DNA from: a virus
Direction: 5' to 3' (one strand)
Virus record (IMG/VR): IMGVR_UViG_3300042384_000211
Location: 32,001-96,000 of that record
DNA length: 64,000 bases
The position numbers and the translations under genes are program-made. The notes beneath the pieces were generated by a model. It saw only the letters and a program-made list of their open reading frames with translations. It ran no database searches and had not been told where the DNA came from. Positions 41,062 through 50,371 of this stretch are shown here, one piece after another (position 1 is the stretch's first letter; the number at the start of each line of letters is the position of its first letter).

Positions 41062-42189
41062 ATGCTCCAAATTAATCATGCTTACGAATTTTTAAATAGA
41101 ACTATTTTTAAAAAATTAGCTCTTTATACCTTACCAAACGGTGTGTATCCATCCGGTGATGTAAAGGATTACAATGAATTTGATATACATGTATTTAACT
41201 ACTCTGTTGACTTCAAAAAAATATTTTTGTATGATCAAGAACCTGTGATAGAACCGTTTGCGACTGCCTTGCTTAACATTGCAAACCCCAGGGGACTGGA
41301 TATTCTAGCAACAAGTGAAAAATCCTCGTTAGTTGATAACTTATGTATTAGCCGTTCGTTACCAAAATTGTATTACTTTTGGCACGGTTTCGCAGCATTA
41401 GATTGGTATCGTGGGTTCTATGCTCTAAACTATAACAAGCAGATCGTTAAAAAATATACATATGATTATATAACATTTAATCGATTGGTATCAAATGATC
41501 GTAGCTATCGTTGCTACTTTGTTAGCCAATTAGCCGCAGAAATGCTATTAGAACACGGCCAAGTCAGCTTTGGCCTAACTACAGAACAGGCCAGTTGGCA
41601 AGAAGAAATTACTAATCCTTACACTAAACTATCAGCTAAGGCTGTCGAACACATTAAACTACACCTGCCTAGCACACCTTTTATCATTGATAAAGAAAAT
41701 GTATTAGGGGGAGCCAGTGCAGATATTCCTCGCTGTGCTGACAACAGTTTTTGGCATATAGTTACAGAAACTGTGTTTTACTATGACAAACTACACCTAA
41801 CAGAAAAGATATTCAAACCTATTGCAATGAAACAGCCGTTCATGTTACTGGCCGCACCGGGCAATTTAGCCTACTTGAAAAGCTACGGATTCAAGACCTT
41901 TGACAGTATCATTGACGAAAGTTATGATCTTATACAAGATCCAGACCAACGTACAGAAGCAGTAGTCAAACAGTTAGCCTGGTATTGTGCATTAACAGCA
42001 GAAGAAAAACAACAGGTTATAGAGGCTATAGCGCCAATCGTAGAGTACAATTTTCATCATTTCTACGGTGAATTTAAGCATATTATAACTAGAGAATTGT
42101 TAGATAATTGTAAGGCTTTGTTCAAAGAAATAGACTACGATGACAGCACTGTAGCCTACGAAGATATTCATCACGTGTTGACTAACTAA
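41062..42189 (+). CDS. putative glycosyltransferase-like protein, paralogue 3
   Basis: HIVTET...LTEKIFKPI...GFKTFDSIIDESYD. Confidence 0.55.
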   Translation: MLQINHAYEFLNRTIFKKLALYTLPNGVYPSGDVKDYNEFDIHVFNYSVDFKKIFLYDQEPVIEPFATALLNIANPRGLDILATSEKSSLVDNLCISRSLPKLYYFWHGFAALDWYRGFYALNYNKQIVKKYTYDYITFNRLVSNDRSYRCYFVSQLAAEMLLEHGQVSFGLTTEQASWQEEITNPYTKLSAKAVEHIKLHLPSTPFIIDKENVLGGASADIPRCADNSFWHIVTETVFYYDKLHLTEKIFKPIAMKQPFMLLAAPGNLAYLKSYGFKTFDSIIDESYDLIQDPDQRTEAVVKQLAWYCALTAEEKQQVIEAIAPIVEYNFHHFYGEFKHIITRELLDNCKALFKEIDYDDSTVAYEDIHHVLTN

Positions 42190-42203
42190 TTTATTTAAAC
42201 TCC

Positions 42204-42211
42204 TATAAATA
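42204..42211 (+). promoter_or_regulatory. T4-type late promoter
   Basis: TATAAATA upstream of the membrane/lipase cassette. Confidence 0.7.
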
Positions 42212-42238
42212 CTTGTATAATAATTCAAGGAGTAGACT

Positions 42239-42520
42239 GTGGGCGACATATTCAAAATCATCGGAGACCTAGGGTTTCCTATCGCAGTAGCATTAGCAGG
42301 CGGCTATTTTGTTTACCTAACAATCAAATTACTACTACAAGGTGTACTAGGTAGTATCAAAGGCATGGCCGGTATCATCACAGCATTAGACAATCGCGTT
42401 AAAACAATGAATCATGAAATTATCAGAATAGACACACAAGTTAGTTCAGCACTAGGACTACGCCCCGACCTTGAAAGAATAGCCAGAGCCGACGGAAAAA
42501 CAGATGCTCGGAGAGATTAA
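42239..42520 (+). CDS. YvrJ/holin-like single-TM coiled-coil protein
   Basis: GFPIAVA TM segment plus coiled coil; paralogue of 43993..44316. Confidence 0.6.
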   Translation: MGDIFKIIGDLGFPIAVALAGGYFVYLTIKLLLQGVLGSIKGMAGIITALDNRVKTMNHEIIRIDTQVSSALGLRPDLERIARADGKTDARRD

Positions 42521-42681
42521 TGTTTAAACTACCTCATCAGGAATGGTTGGAGCAACAACCAAAGCACACACAAGAATGGCTTAAGAAACAATCTATCTGG
42601 AATGACACTGATATAATTAAAGCATTTGCTTTTGGAGTATTTGTTGGATTAATAATAGGAGTAGTATTATGTCTGCAATAA
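42520..42681 (+). CDS. 53-aa C-terminally anchored membrane protein (not in ORF track)
   Basis: MFKLPHQEWL...AFAFGVFVGLIIGVVLCLQ; overlaps both neighbours. Confidence 0.6.
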   Translation: MFKLPHQEWLEQQPKHTQEWLKKQSIWNDTDIIKAFAFGVFVGLIIGVVLCLQ

Positions 42682-43445
42682 ACATGCGCCCGTTTACTGA
42701 GCAGGCTTGGTTGTTTGCTAAGATTAGTGAACTTGCTTACTTAGATGAAAAGGAAGGTCGAGCGGCATTTAAAGAACTTGGGTTTAAATCAACCCTAATA
42801 GATGTTAAAGGTAGTCAAGCATATTGGTTAGAAAACAAAACTGACTTAGTTATTGCCTGCCGTGGCACACAGCCTACAGAGTTTGCTGATATTGCCAGTG
42901 ACTTAAAAGCCCGTCCAGTAAAAAGCAACTCAGGTGTAAAATGGATCCATCGTGGATTTAAAGAAAGTGTAGATAACATTTGGCCCGAACTAAAAGATCT
43001 TGCCGATGATCACGGTAAGACACGTACAGTATGGTGTACAGGGCACAGTCTAGGAGCCGCAATGGCCACATTAGTTGCTTATCGTCTACAGTATTCAGAA
43101 GATTGCCCTAGTCCACAGGCTTTGTTTACCTTTGGTAGTCCAAAAGTTGGCACTAAAAATTATATTAACAAAATTGAAGCAACAGGTGTACTACATTTCC
43201 GCTTTGTTAACAATGCCGATATCGTAGCACGTGTTCCACCTTGGCCATACAAACACTTTGGTGGTATGTATTATATGAATCACTATGGTCACTTACGTGC
43301 TCCAACAGCGTGGCAGGTAACTAAAGACGTGTGGCGTGGATTCTTAGTAGGACTTAAACGTCGAGAAATCAACTTCTTTACCAATCACAGCATTACACGC
43401 TATGCCGAAATCTTAGAGCGTTGGAAAAATGGGGACAATGGATAA
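42669..43445 (+). CDS. lipase class 3 (alpha/beta hydrolase)
   Basis: CRGT, HRGF, TGHSLG (GxSxG), FGSPKVG, DIVARVP, HS. Confidence 0.92.
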   Translation: MSAINMRPFTEQAWLFAKISELAYLDEKEGRAAFKELGFKSTLIDVKGSQAYWLENKTDLVIACRGTQPTEFADIASDLKARPVKSNSGVKWIHRGFKESVDNIWPELKDLADDHGKTRTVWCTGHSLGAAMATLVAYRLQYSEDCPSPQALFTFGSPKVGTKNYINKIEATGVLHFRFVNNADIVARVPPWPYKHFGGMYYMNHYGHLRAPTAWQVTKDVWRGFLVGLKRREINFFTNHSITRYAEILERWKNGDNG

Positions 43446-44002
43446 TGGCTTTACATGATACAGTAATTAAAATGGTAACACGTCAGAAGAAAGACGTAGT
43501 TGAAGAGGACGTTTCAGCTACAGAAAAACTTATTAAAAGTAAAGCTGGTCTAGTAATTAATATCTTTGCGGCATTGTTAGCATTCAACATGTGGCTACAA
43601 GGCAGTCTTAATAGCAAGGTAATGAACAACACTATACAGGCCAACGACATCTGGGCTTTTTATCAAGCTAAAAGTATTAAGCAAACACAGTATGAGCTAG
43701 CCGCACAACAAATTACAGATCCTGCTAAAGCTAAAAAGTTTACTGATAAAGCTGCAAGTTATGAACTAGGTGAAGAAGGCAAACCAGCACTATTCAAACA
43801 GGCCAAGGCATTAGAAGCAGATCGTGATCATTATAAACAACAATTACCTTGGGTAGGTTATGCTTCAACAGCATATCAACTAAGCATTGTATTATTGTCA
43901 GCAAGTATCTTAAGTGTTAGTATGGCTTTGTTCTGGGGTAGCTTTTTTATGGCAGGTGCAGGCATATTCTTAATGTTACAAGGGATTTTATTATGGATGT
44001 AG
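43445..44002 (+). CDS. DUF4337-like membrane protein
   Basis: ANDIWAFYQAKSIKQ motif, TM segments. Confidence 0.75.
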   Translation: MALHDTVIKMVTRQKKDVVEEDVSATEKLIKSKAGLVINIFAALLAFNMWLQGSLNSKVMNNTIQANDIWAFYQAKSIKQTQYELAAQQITDPAKAKKFTDKAASYELGEEGKPALFKQAKALEADRDHYKQQLPWVGYASTAYQLSIVLLSASILSVSMALFWGSFFMAGAGIFLMLQGILLWM

Positions 44003-44316
44003 TAGATTTAGTAAACAAATATGGCTTTCCCATTGTTATGGCAGTGGGCATGGGATTCATCATCAAATTCGTATTCGAATGGGCCACAAAAGAGGTAAAA
44101 CCAGTCATTTCAGACGCAAATACTGTGCTTATTGCCTTGATTGATCGCATACGTATGTTAGACAACGATTTAATACGTTTGAATCAAAAAGTAAACACTG
44201 TGTTACATCTACGTGGTAAGACAATTGAATTTGAACGTGTAGAAGCCGAGAAAGAAATTAATAAAGCACATTTAAAGAATGAAGACGATAAAACTGCAAG
44301 TGGTGGCAGTGACTAA
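43993..44316 (+). CDS. YvrJ/holin-like single-TM coiled-coil protein
   Basis: GFPIVMA TM segment; ALIDRIRMLDNDLIR matches ALDNRVKTMNHEIIR of the paralogue. Confidence 0.6.
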   Translation: MDVVDLVNKYGFPIVMAVGMGFIIKFVFEWATKEVKPVISDANTVLIALIDRIRMLDNDLIRLNQKVNTVLHLRGKTIEFERVEAEKEINKAHLKNEDDKTASGGSD

Positions 44317-45104
44317 TCAACATTAATATCGCTGTTGCTAACTGTTACAGCGATTTTTTGTGCTTCTGGAAAACGTGTACGAGTATTTTTACTACCAAGC
44401 AACACAATCACACGTTGTCCTAACTCAGTATCAAGTAGCATAACCACACAACCGCCACTTTCATTTATATAACCTGTTTTACTTACTCTTACATCATTAC
44501 TATTTCTAACCATTGGATTGGTGTTGCCAAATTGCCACCAACGACGTTTAACTTTGATACTTACATTAGGTTTACCACTAGCTTCGGTAATCTCTGTATA
44601 TTCGTTTGCGGCTAGGACTAATTTACCTAAATCACGGGCATTACTCACATTGCCTGCGTCTAATCCTGTAGGGTCGGCAAATGTGGTACTTGTCATGCCT
44701 AATACAAACGCAATATGATTCATTTCAGCTATACAACGAGCTAGACCACCCGGATAATTTGCGCCTAATGTATATGCGGCAAAGTTATCACTCTTGACAA
44801 TAGCAAGATCAATTAATTCACCACGAGTCAGCTGTTTAACGCTGCGCGGTAACCGAGTGTGATACTTATTAACCATTCTACGATCAAGTGTGATCATTTC
44901 ATCTAAGTTTTGGTTGGCATCTAACACCACCATCACTGTCATTAGTTTAGTAATGCTGGCAATAGGCTGTACACGATCAGCATTCTTTTCTAGTATAACT
45001 TCGCCTGTGTTATCTGCTACTAAAAAACTTTTAGCAGTAATAGGCTTTGCTACTACTGCGGTGCAGAATAGTAGCAGTATGATGAAACTACTTGCTCGTA
45101 GCAT
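44313..45104 (-). CDS. pbpG: D-alanyl-D-alanine endo/carboxypeptidase (peptidase S11, PBP7-like)
   Basis: signal peptide; SITK, SDN and KTG motifs. Confidence 0.85.
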   Translation of the reverse strand: MLRASSFIILLLFCTAVVAKPITAKSFLVADNTGEVILEKNADRVQPIASITKLMTVMVVLDANQNLDEMITLDRRMVNKYHTRLPRSVKQLTRGELIDLAIVKSDNFAAYTLGANYPGGLARCIAEMNHIAFVLGMTSTTFADPTGLDAGNVSNARDLGKLVLAANEYTEITEASGKPNVSIKVKRRWWQFGNTNPMVRNSNDVRVSKTGYINESGGCVVMLLDTELGQRVIVLLGSKNTRTRFPEAQKIAVTVSNSDINVD

Positions 45105-47100
45105 GATATGTTCCATCAAAATTTGCAGGAACACCCTGTTCCATACGCTCAATCATTAGTTCATAATAATGTTTAATATCAACATCATCGTTGTTGACTA
45201 ATTTTTTAGCCCATACAATAGCCTTGCCCCACGAACCTCGAGTATATTCTTTGCGATACTCTTCGTGCATATACAGATTAGTACGACCAACTGTATAAAT
45301 GTCAAGACCAATTGTTTTACCTTTAACAGCAATGTTATCTAGCCATACTACAGGAAATGCATCTTTACAATACTCAGCAGTTTTAGGACCAATGATTAGT
45401 AGGACACCATATGATTTAGTCTGTCCTTCTAGTCGAGCCGCTGTACTTACACTGTCACCTAATACGTCATAGCCAAACTTGCTCTTAGCACCAATGTTAC
45501 CAATTAAGGTTTCACCAGTGTTGACACCCGCACCCATACCAACTGGCGGACGACCACTGGCTACAAGTTCTACGTTAAAGTCCTCAATGGCTTTGATCAT
45601 TTCAAGTGCTGTCTGTACAGCAGTCTTGGCGTGATTAGCATCATCTAATGGAGCACCGTGTACGTGTAGTGACGCATCACCAATGAACTTAATCAGAGTA
45701 CCGTCGTTCTTAAGTACAGGAATACTCAGTGCTGTCATGTAGTCGTTCATGATCTGTGTGAGACCTTCTACATCATCTCCAAAACTTTCACCGAGTGTAG
45801 TAAAGCCACGTAGGTCAGTCATAACAATTGATAACTCTCGACGTTCACCACCTAACTTAATTAAGTCTGGATTCTTTTGCAAGCGTTCAACAATAGTAGG
45901 GTTAACATAACTACCAAATTGTTTCTTGATCTGTTGTTTCTGTAGGAACTCTGATACAAACTTAACGCCGTAAGCATGTAGCATAACTAGAACTATGCCT
46001 GCCGTTGGTACAATAGCATCAATTAAAAATTTGTAGTGCGAGAACAGGTACATACTAGCAGGAATTAAACTAGCAGTTAATACAATACCTACACCAAGTC
46101 CTACATAGACCCAACGGCTTAAGAACAAGATGATCAAACTGATAGCGATAAGTGCCAACAGTTCAGCACCAGGTGCCCAATCGGGACGTTCAATGTTTAC
46201 ATTGTTGGCTAATGTGCCAATTACAGCGGCCTGCATATCTTGAGGCCACACGTTACCTTTACTTGTTGCTACAGGATTATTAGTACCTGCGGCTGTAGTG
46301 CCCACAATAACAATATTGCCACCAAAATCGTCGGGCAAATCAACTGCCGATACTTGACGATTAGTCTGACTCCAGTCTACCCAGATACGTCCTTGACTGT
46401 CTGTACTGATAGGATTAAAGCCAGGAATACGCATCTTCTCTACACCTTGCGCATTTAACTTAACTTGGAAAGTATTAGTGTTGACTAAGACTCGCAGAAC
46501 TTCTAATGGTATACTAGGATATACATTATTGTCGTAGCCCACAAACAATGGCAGTCTACGGTTAACCCCGTCTATTTCTGGAAATGTGTTAGCAATACCA
46601 ACACCAACAGCATTCTGCTCTAAACTAGGAATGTTAGCAATGATGCCTGGATATTGTACAATAGTGTCAATGTACTCTGAGCCAATAACAGCACTACCTG
46701 GCTTACGTGGAATATTCTTAGTTGCTTGGCCGGGCATGTTGGTTAAGATAACAGGAAAGTCTGTTAATGCTTCAGCAAGGTAAGCATCACCACCTTGTCG
46801 ATCAGTCTCTGGCATCATAACAGTCCAAACAACCAGACCAGCATTATGACTATACAGGTCGCTGATCAGGTCTGCGTAAACATCACGTTTGAATGGCCAC
46901 TGTCCAAACTTGTCTAGAGTGGCTTCATCTATGTTTACAGTGTAGATATTATTTTCTACCGGGGGTTGACTGGTAATAAGCTGATCAAAATATCGTAATT
47001 TAACGCTTTCTACAAACGTAGGACCAGTAATAGTAATACCGACAATCAGTGCTAGGGTTAGGACCGCAGTCCAAGGTGAGAGTAAGATTTTTTTAAGCAT
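45088..47100 (-). CDS. CHASE2-domain class III adenylate cyclase
   Basis: VNIDEATL..GQWP CHASE2 domain, 3 TM segments, TDLRGFT, KFIGDA, YDVLGDSVSTAARLE. Confidence 0.93.
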   Translation of the reverse strand: MLKKILLSPWTAVLTLALIVGITITGPTFVESVKLRYFDQLITSQPPVENNIYTVNIDEATLDKFGQWPFKRDVYADLISDLYSHNAGLVVWTVMMPETDRQGGDAYLAEALTDFPVILTNMPGQATKNIPRKPGSAVIGSEYIDTIVQYPGIIANIPSLEQNAVGVGIANTFPEIDGVNRRLPLFVGYDNNVYPSIPLEVLRVLVNTNTFQVKLNAQGVEKMRIPGFNPISTDSQGRIWVDWSQTNRQVSAVDLPDDFGGNIVIVGTTAAGTNNPVATSKGNVWPQDMQAAVIGTLANNVNIERPDWAPGAELLALIAISLIILFLSRWVYVGLGVGIVLTASLIPASMYLFSHYKFLIDAIVPTAGIVLVMLHAYGVKFVSEFLQKQQIKKQFGSYVNPTIVERLQKNPDLIKLGGERRELSIVMTDLRGFTTLGESFGDDVEGLTQIMNDYMTALSIPVLKNDGTLIKFIGDASLHVHGAPLDDANHAKTAVQTALEMIKAIEDFNVELVASGRPPVGMGAGVNTGETLIGNIGAKSKFGYDVLGDSVSTAARLEGQTKSYGVLLIIGPKTAEYCKDAFPVVWLDNIAVKGKTIGLDIYTVGRTNLYMHEEYRKEYTRGSWGKAIVWAKKLVNNDDVDIKHYYELMIERMEQGVPANFDGTYHATSK

Positions 47101-47111
47101 AAGATTATTTA

Positions 47112-47363
47112 TTATCTGCTTTGACGTAATCGATCTAAATATTCTCGGCCAATCTTACCCTCTTCAAGTTCTTGCAGTGCAGCACTAACAGTACGATTAC
47201 GGTATTTTAGGTTTGAATCAGCATTCTGTGCAATACGTCTAGTAGACTCAATCTCACGTGCTCGTGTAGCGGCAATTAAAATCATTTCAAATCTATTACC
47301 CCCTACATTAACCAATGCCCGATCTACGTCAATTTCTGTGCCTAATTTATCGATGTAACTCAT
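47112..47363 (-). CDS. rpoZ: RNA polymerase omega subunit
   Basis: GNRFEMILIAATRAREI...AALQELEEGKI; promoter at 47396-47424. Confidence 0.85.
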   Translation of the reverse strand: MSYIDKLGTEIDVDRALVNVGGNRFEMILIAATRAREIESTRRIAQNADSNLKYRNRTVSAALQELEEGKIGREYLDRLRQSR

Positions 47364-47588
47364 TGCTGTTCCTTATATTGTTTAATAGTACAACTATTAT
47401 ACAGTCGTTAGAAATAAAAGTCAAGAGAAAGCCCACTTAGTTGGCTTTTTAATTGTATTTTTAAATGGCGACAATAAGAAAAATTTATAAGCAGTAGGCA
47501 TGACTGTTTCATGAAGTCAAGAGAAATTTAATCAAATATATTTTAAGTGTTAAATACTATGCAAGTCCAACTTTTATGAAAGGTTTAT

Positions 47589-47885
47589 ATGAAATTAATC
47601 TTAACAGTATTATTATTAGGTAGTTGTATTACAGCAAATGCTAATCAAGCACTAGCACAAAAAAGTGGTTGTCTGGCATGTCACGCAGTTGATCGTAAAA
47701 TCATAGGACCATCATATCAAGATGTTGCTAAGAAATACAAAGGTCAAGACGTCGAAGCAAAATTAGTAGACAAGGTTAAGAAGGGTGGTAGCGGAGTATG
47801 GGGTCCCATGCCTATGCCAGCACACAGTCCACAGGTTAAAGACGAAGATATTAAAACACTTGTTAAATGGGTGTTAGCGCAGTAA
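47589..47885 (+). CDS. class I cytochrome c (c551/c552-type)
   Basis: signal peptide, CLACH haem motif, GP, WGPMPMP axial Met. Confidence 0.93.
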   Translation: MKLILTVLLLGSCITANANQALAQKSGCLACHAVDRKIIGPSYQDVAKKYKGQDVEAKLVDKVKKGGSGVWGPMPMPAHSPQVKDEDIKTLVKWVLAQ

Positions 47886-47886
47886 T

Positions 47887-47912
47887 AAAAAGCCCCTTAA
47901 TTGGGGCTTTTT
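47887..47912. terminator. bidirectional terminator
   Basis: AAAAAGCCCC-TTAATT-GGGGCTTTTT. Confidence 0.85.
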
Positions 47913-47916
47913 GTTT

Positions 47917-48483
47917 TTATAGTTTACCAACTAGGTCCAAACTTGGTGCTAGTGTAGCACTACCTTCTTGCCATTTAGCCGGGCATACTTCACCCGGATG
48001 TTCACGTGTGTATTTTGCCGCTTTAACTTTACGTAATAGTTCTTTTGCATCACGACCAACACCACCTGGATTAATCTCAATAATCTGTACTACGCCATCT
48101 GGGTCAATAACAAATGTACCACGGTCAGCCAGGCCTTCTAAAGGAATAAGCACACCAAACTGTTCACTTAGCTGATGATTAGGATCACCAATCATTGTAT
48201 ATGTGATGTTACGGATTGTGTCTGTAGCATCTGCCCATGCTTTGTGTACAAAGTGTGTGTCTGTGCTTACGCTGTATACTTCTACACCTAATGCTTTAAA
48301 GTCACTAGCGTATACGTCTTGCAAGTCTGCTAGCTCTGTTGGGCAGACAAATGTAAAGTCTGCTGGATAGAAAAACACCACTGACCAATGGCCTTTTAAA
48401 TCTTGCTCTGTTACTTCTACAAACTGACCTTGACGATATGCTTGTGCTTTGAACGCTTGTACTTCTTTACCGATTAAACTCAT
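47917..48483 (-). CDS. ahpC: alkyl hydroperoxide reductase C (2-Cys peroxiredoxin)
   Basis: [29 protein letters not shown]. Confidence 0.96.
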   Translation of the reverse strand: MSLIGKEVQAFKAQAYRQGQFVEVTEQDLKGHWSVVFFYPADFTFVCPTELADLQDVYASDFKALGVEVYSVSTDTHFVHKAWADATDTIRNITYTMIGDPNHQLSEQFGVLIPLEGLADRGTFVIDPDGVVQIIEINPGGVGRDAKELLRKVKAAKYTREHPGEVCPAKWQEGSATLAPSLDLVGKL

Positions 48484-48636
48484 TTACTTCTCCTTATTAA
48501 ATTGTTAATGTACATATATTATATATTAAAATTTTTAATAAAAAAAGCCCGATTAATAGGTTTTTTTAATTGTATTTTTTAATGACCGCAATAAGTTTTG
48601 TTTATAGGTTATGAAGTAACAATGATAAATAACTGT

Positions 48637-49104
48637 ATGAAACATATACATCACATCTTACCTCAATACCTAGGCGGCACTGACGATCCTAGTAACCTAA
48701 TAGAACTTACTGTAGAAGCTCACGCAGAAGCGCATCGCTTATTATACGAGCAACACGGCAATTGGCAAGACTATTGTGCGTGGCAAGCATTGTCCGGACG
48801 TATTGGGCAAGAAGAAATATTAAGGATGAAACAAGGTATGGCTAATAAAGGTAGAAAGCGTACACCAGAACAGATTGAAAATATTAAAGCAGCCGCAAGG
48901 AAACGAGTCGAAAGACATCGCGCTGATGGTACATTAGAACGTGCAGCTATTAAGCAAAGTGCATCAATGAAGGGAAAAGTAAAATCTGAAGAACATATAG
49001 CTAATTGGGCGGCTAGTCGAAAAGGGCATGCGGTATCTGAAGAAACACGAGAAAAAATAAGAAAGACATTAGCAGAAACTAGAGCCAATAAAAAAGCTCT
49101 ATAA
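48637..49104 (+). mobile_element. free-standing HNH homing endonuclease with NUMOD3-like repeats
   Basis: HHILP..GGTDDPSNLIEL...H..AH; start moved to the ATG 5 nt after ATAAATA. Confidence 0.8.
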
Positions 49105-49117
49105 AAGAGCTTTTATT
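49087..49117. terminator. bidirectional terminator between HNH and pqqA
   Basis: AAAAGCTCT-ATAAA-AGAGCTTTT. Confidence 0.75.
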
Positions 49118-49132
49118 ATCATGTGTTAAATC

Positions 49133-49204
49133 TTAACGATTCATTACATAAAGAGTCACTTCAAAACCGAAACGCATTTCTGTTGCTGCTGGTGTAGTCC
49201 ACAT
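49133..49204 (-). CDS. pqqA: pyrroloquinoline quinone precursor peptide PqqA (23 aa, not in ORF track)
   Basis: MWTTPAATEMRFGFEVTLYVMNR with W-x-x-P and the invariant E-x-x-x-Y; AGGAGA RBS; downstream terminator. Confidence 0.93.
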   Translation of the reverse strand: MWTTPAATEMRFGFEVTLYVMNR

Positions 49205-49351
49205 AATAATTCTCCTAGATAAAAGTCTAAAACAACGTTGTGTTGTTACTAGTACTTATACATATAATAACACCAATATGGCCTAAATAACATACGTAAA
49301 ATCATTAAAGACCGATAATTTTCTTGCGATTAGTTTAGATTGCTATATCTG

Positions 49352-49525
49352 TTATTTTTTCAAACACTGTGCGTGTACTTTAAATGTATCAAATTTTAAC
49401 CAATAGGTCAATGATTGTTTAGCATCTTCACATTGCGTTTCATTGGCAAATTCAAGTGTAACCTTGCCCGGTATATCTTTTGGGTCAGTTATGTTTACCA
49501 CTAGTATCAATAGTATCCAACTCAT
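49352..49525 (-). CDS. small exported protein with two Cys
   Basis: MSWILLILVV...F....QC......C; ATGA-coupled to the upstream gene. Confidence 0.6.
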   Translation of the reverse strand: MSWILLILVVNITDPKDIPGKVTLEFANETQCEDAKQSLTYWLKFDTFKVHAQCLKK

Positions 49526-50289
49526 TGGATTATGTGATTCCAGTAGACTATAGCCCAACGCCCATCGTCGTGTTCAACAAGCGCACTACAACTTTCTACC
49601 CAGTCACCATCGTTCATATAGATCATACCGTTGGGCATGTGTTTGATTTCCGGAGTATGTATATGTCCGCAGATTACACCATCGTATCCACGTTTGGCCG
49701 CATAGTCAGTTAGATTAGTTTCAAATTTAAATACAAAGTCTATTGCTTTCTTAACTTTATGTTTGAGATACTTACTAAGACTCCAATAGCCAAATCCCAA
49801 CTTACTTCTGCAGTAGTTAAAATAGTTGTTAAACCATAAAGCTACATCGTAGGCCTTATCACCTAAAAATCCAATCCATGGTGCTAACCTAGTAATACCA
49901 TCAAACATATCGCCGTGTGTAATTAGAAACAATTCTCCATCTACACTGCGATACTCTGCTTGATTAACAATACGTATACGGCCTAGACTAAAATGATGTT
50001 GTACCAGAGGACGGAGGAATTCGTCATGGTTACCGGTCACATAGGTTACATTACATCCTCGTTTACTGTAGCCTAGTATTCGTCGAATAACATTAGTGTG
50101 CGATTGTTTCCATGCCCACTTGTTCTGTTGTATCTTCCACCCATCAATGATGTCACCTATTAGGAATAGATTATCACAGGTGTGATGTTTGAGAAAGTTA
50201 TTCAGCAATTCAGCTTTAGCATCTTTAGTGCCAAGGTGAAAGTCAGATATACAAATTGTTTTGTATCTAATTAAGGGAACAGTGACCAT
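49522..50289 (-). CDS. metallophosphoesterase, LpxH/PlcP-like
   Basis: ISDFHLG, GDIIDGW, GNHDE, HGD, CGHIH, NDGDWVES. Confidence 0.88.
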   Translation of the reverse strand: MVTVPLIRYKTICISDFHLGTKDAKAELLNNFLKHHTCDNLFLIGDIIDGWKIQQNKWAWKQSHTNVIRRILGYSKRGCNVTYVTGNHDEFLRPLVQHHFSLGRIRIVNQAEYRSVDGELFLITHGDMFDGITRLAPWIGFLGDKAYDVALWFNNYFNYCRSKLGFGYWSLSKYLKHKVKKAIDFVFKFETNLTDYAAKRGYDGVICGHIHTPEIKHMPNGMIYMNDGDWVESCSALVEHDDGRWAIVYWNHIIQ

Positions 50290-50360
50290 ATGCCAATGGC
50301 CGCCATGATCGCTAATATACCACTAATTTCTTTTACAGCTTCTATAAAAATCTCAAACAT
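50271..50360 (-). CDS. 29-aa single-TM micropeptide
   Basis: MFEIFIEAVKEISGILAIMAAIGIWSLFP; AGGA RBS; fills the operon gap. Confidence 0.45.
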   Translation of the reverse strand: MFEIFIEAVKEISGILAIMAAIGIWSLFP

Positions 50361-50371
50361 AGTTTTTCCTA

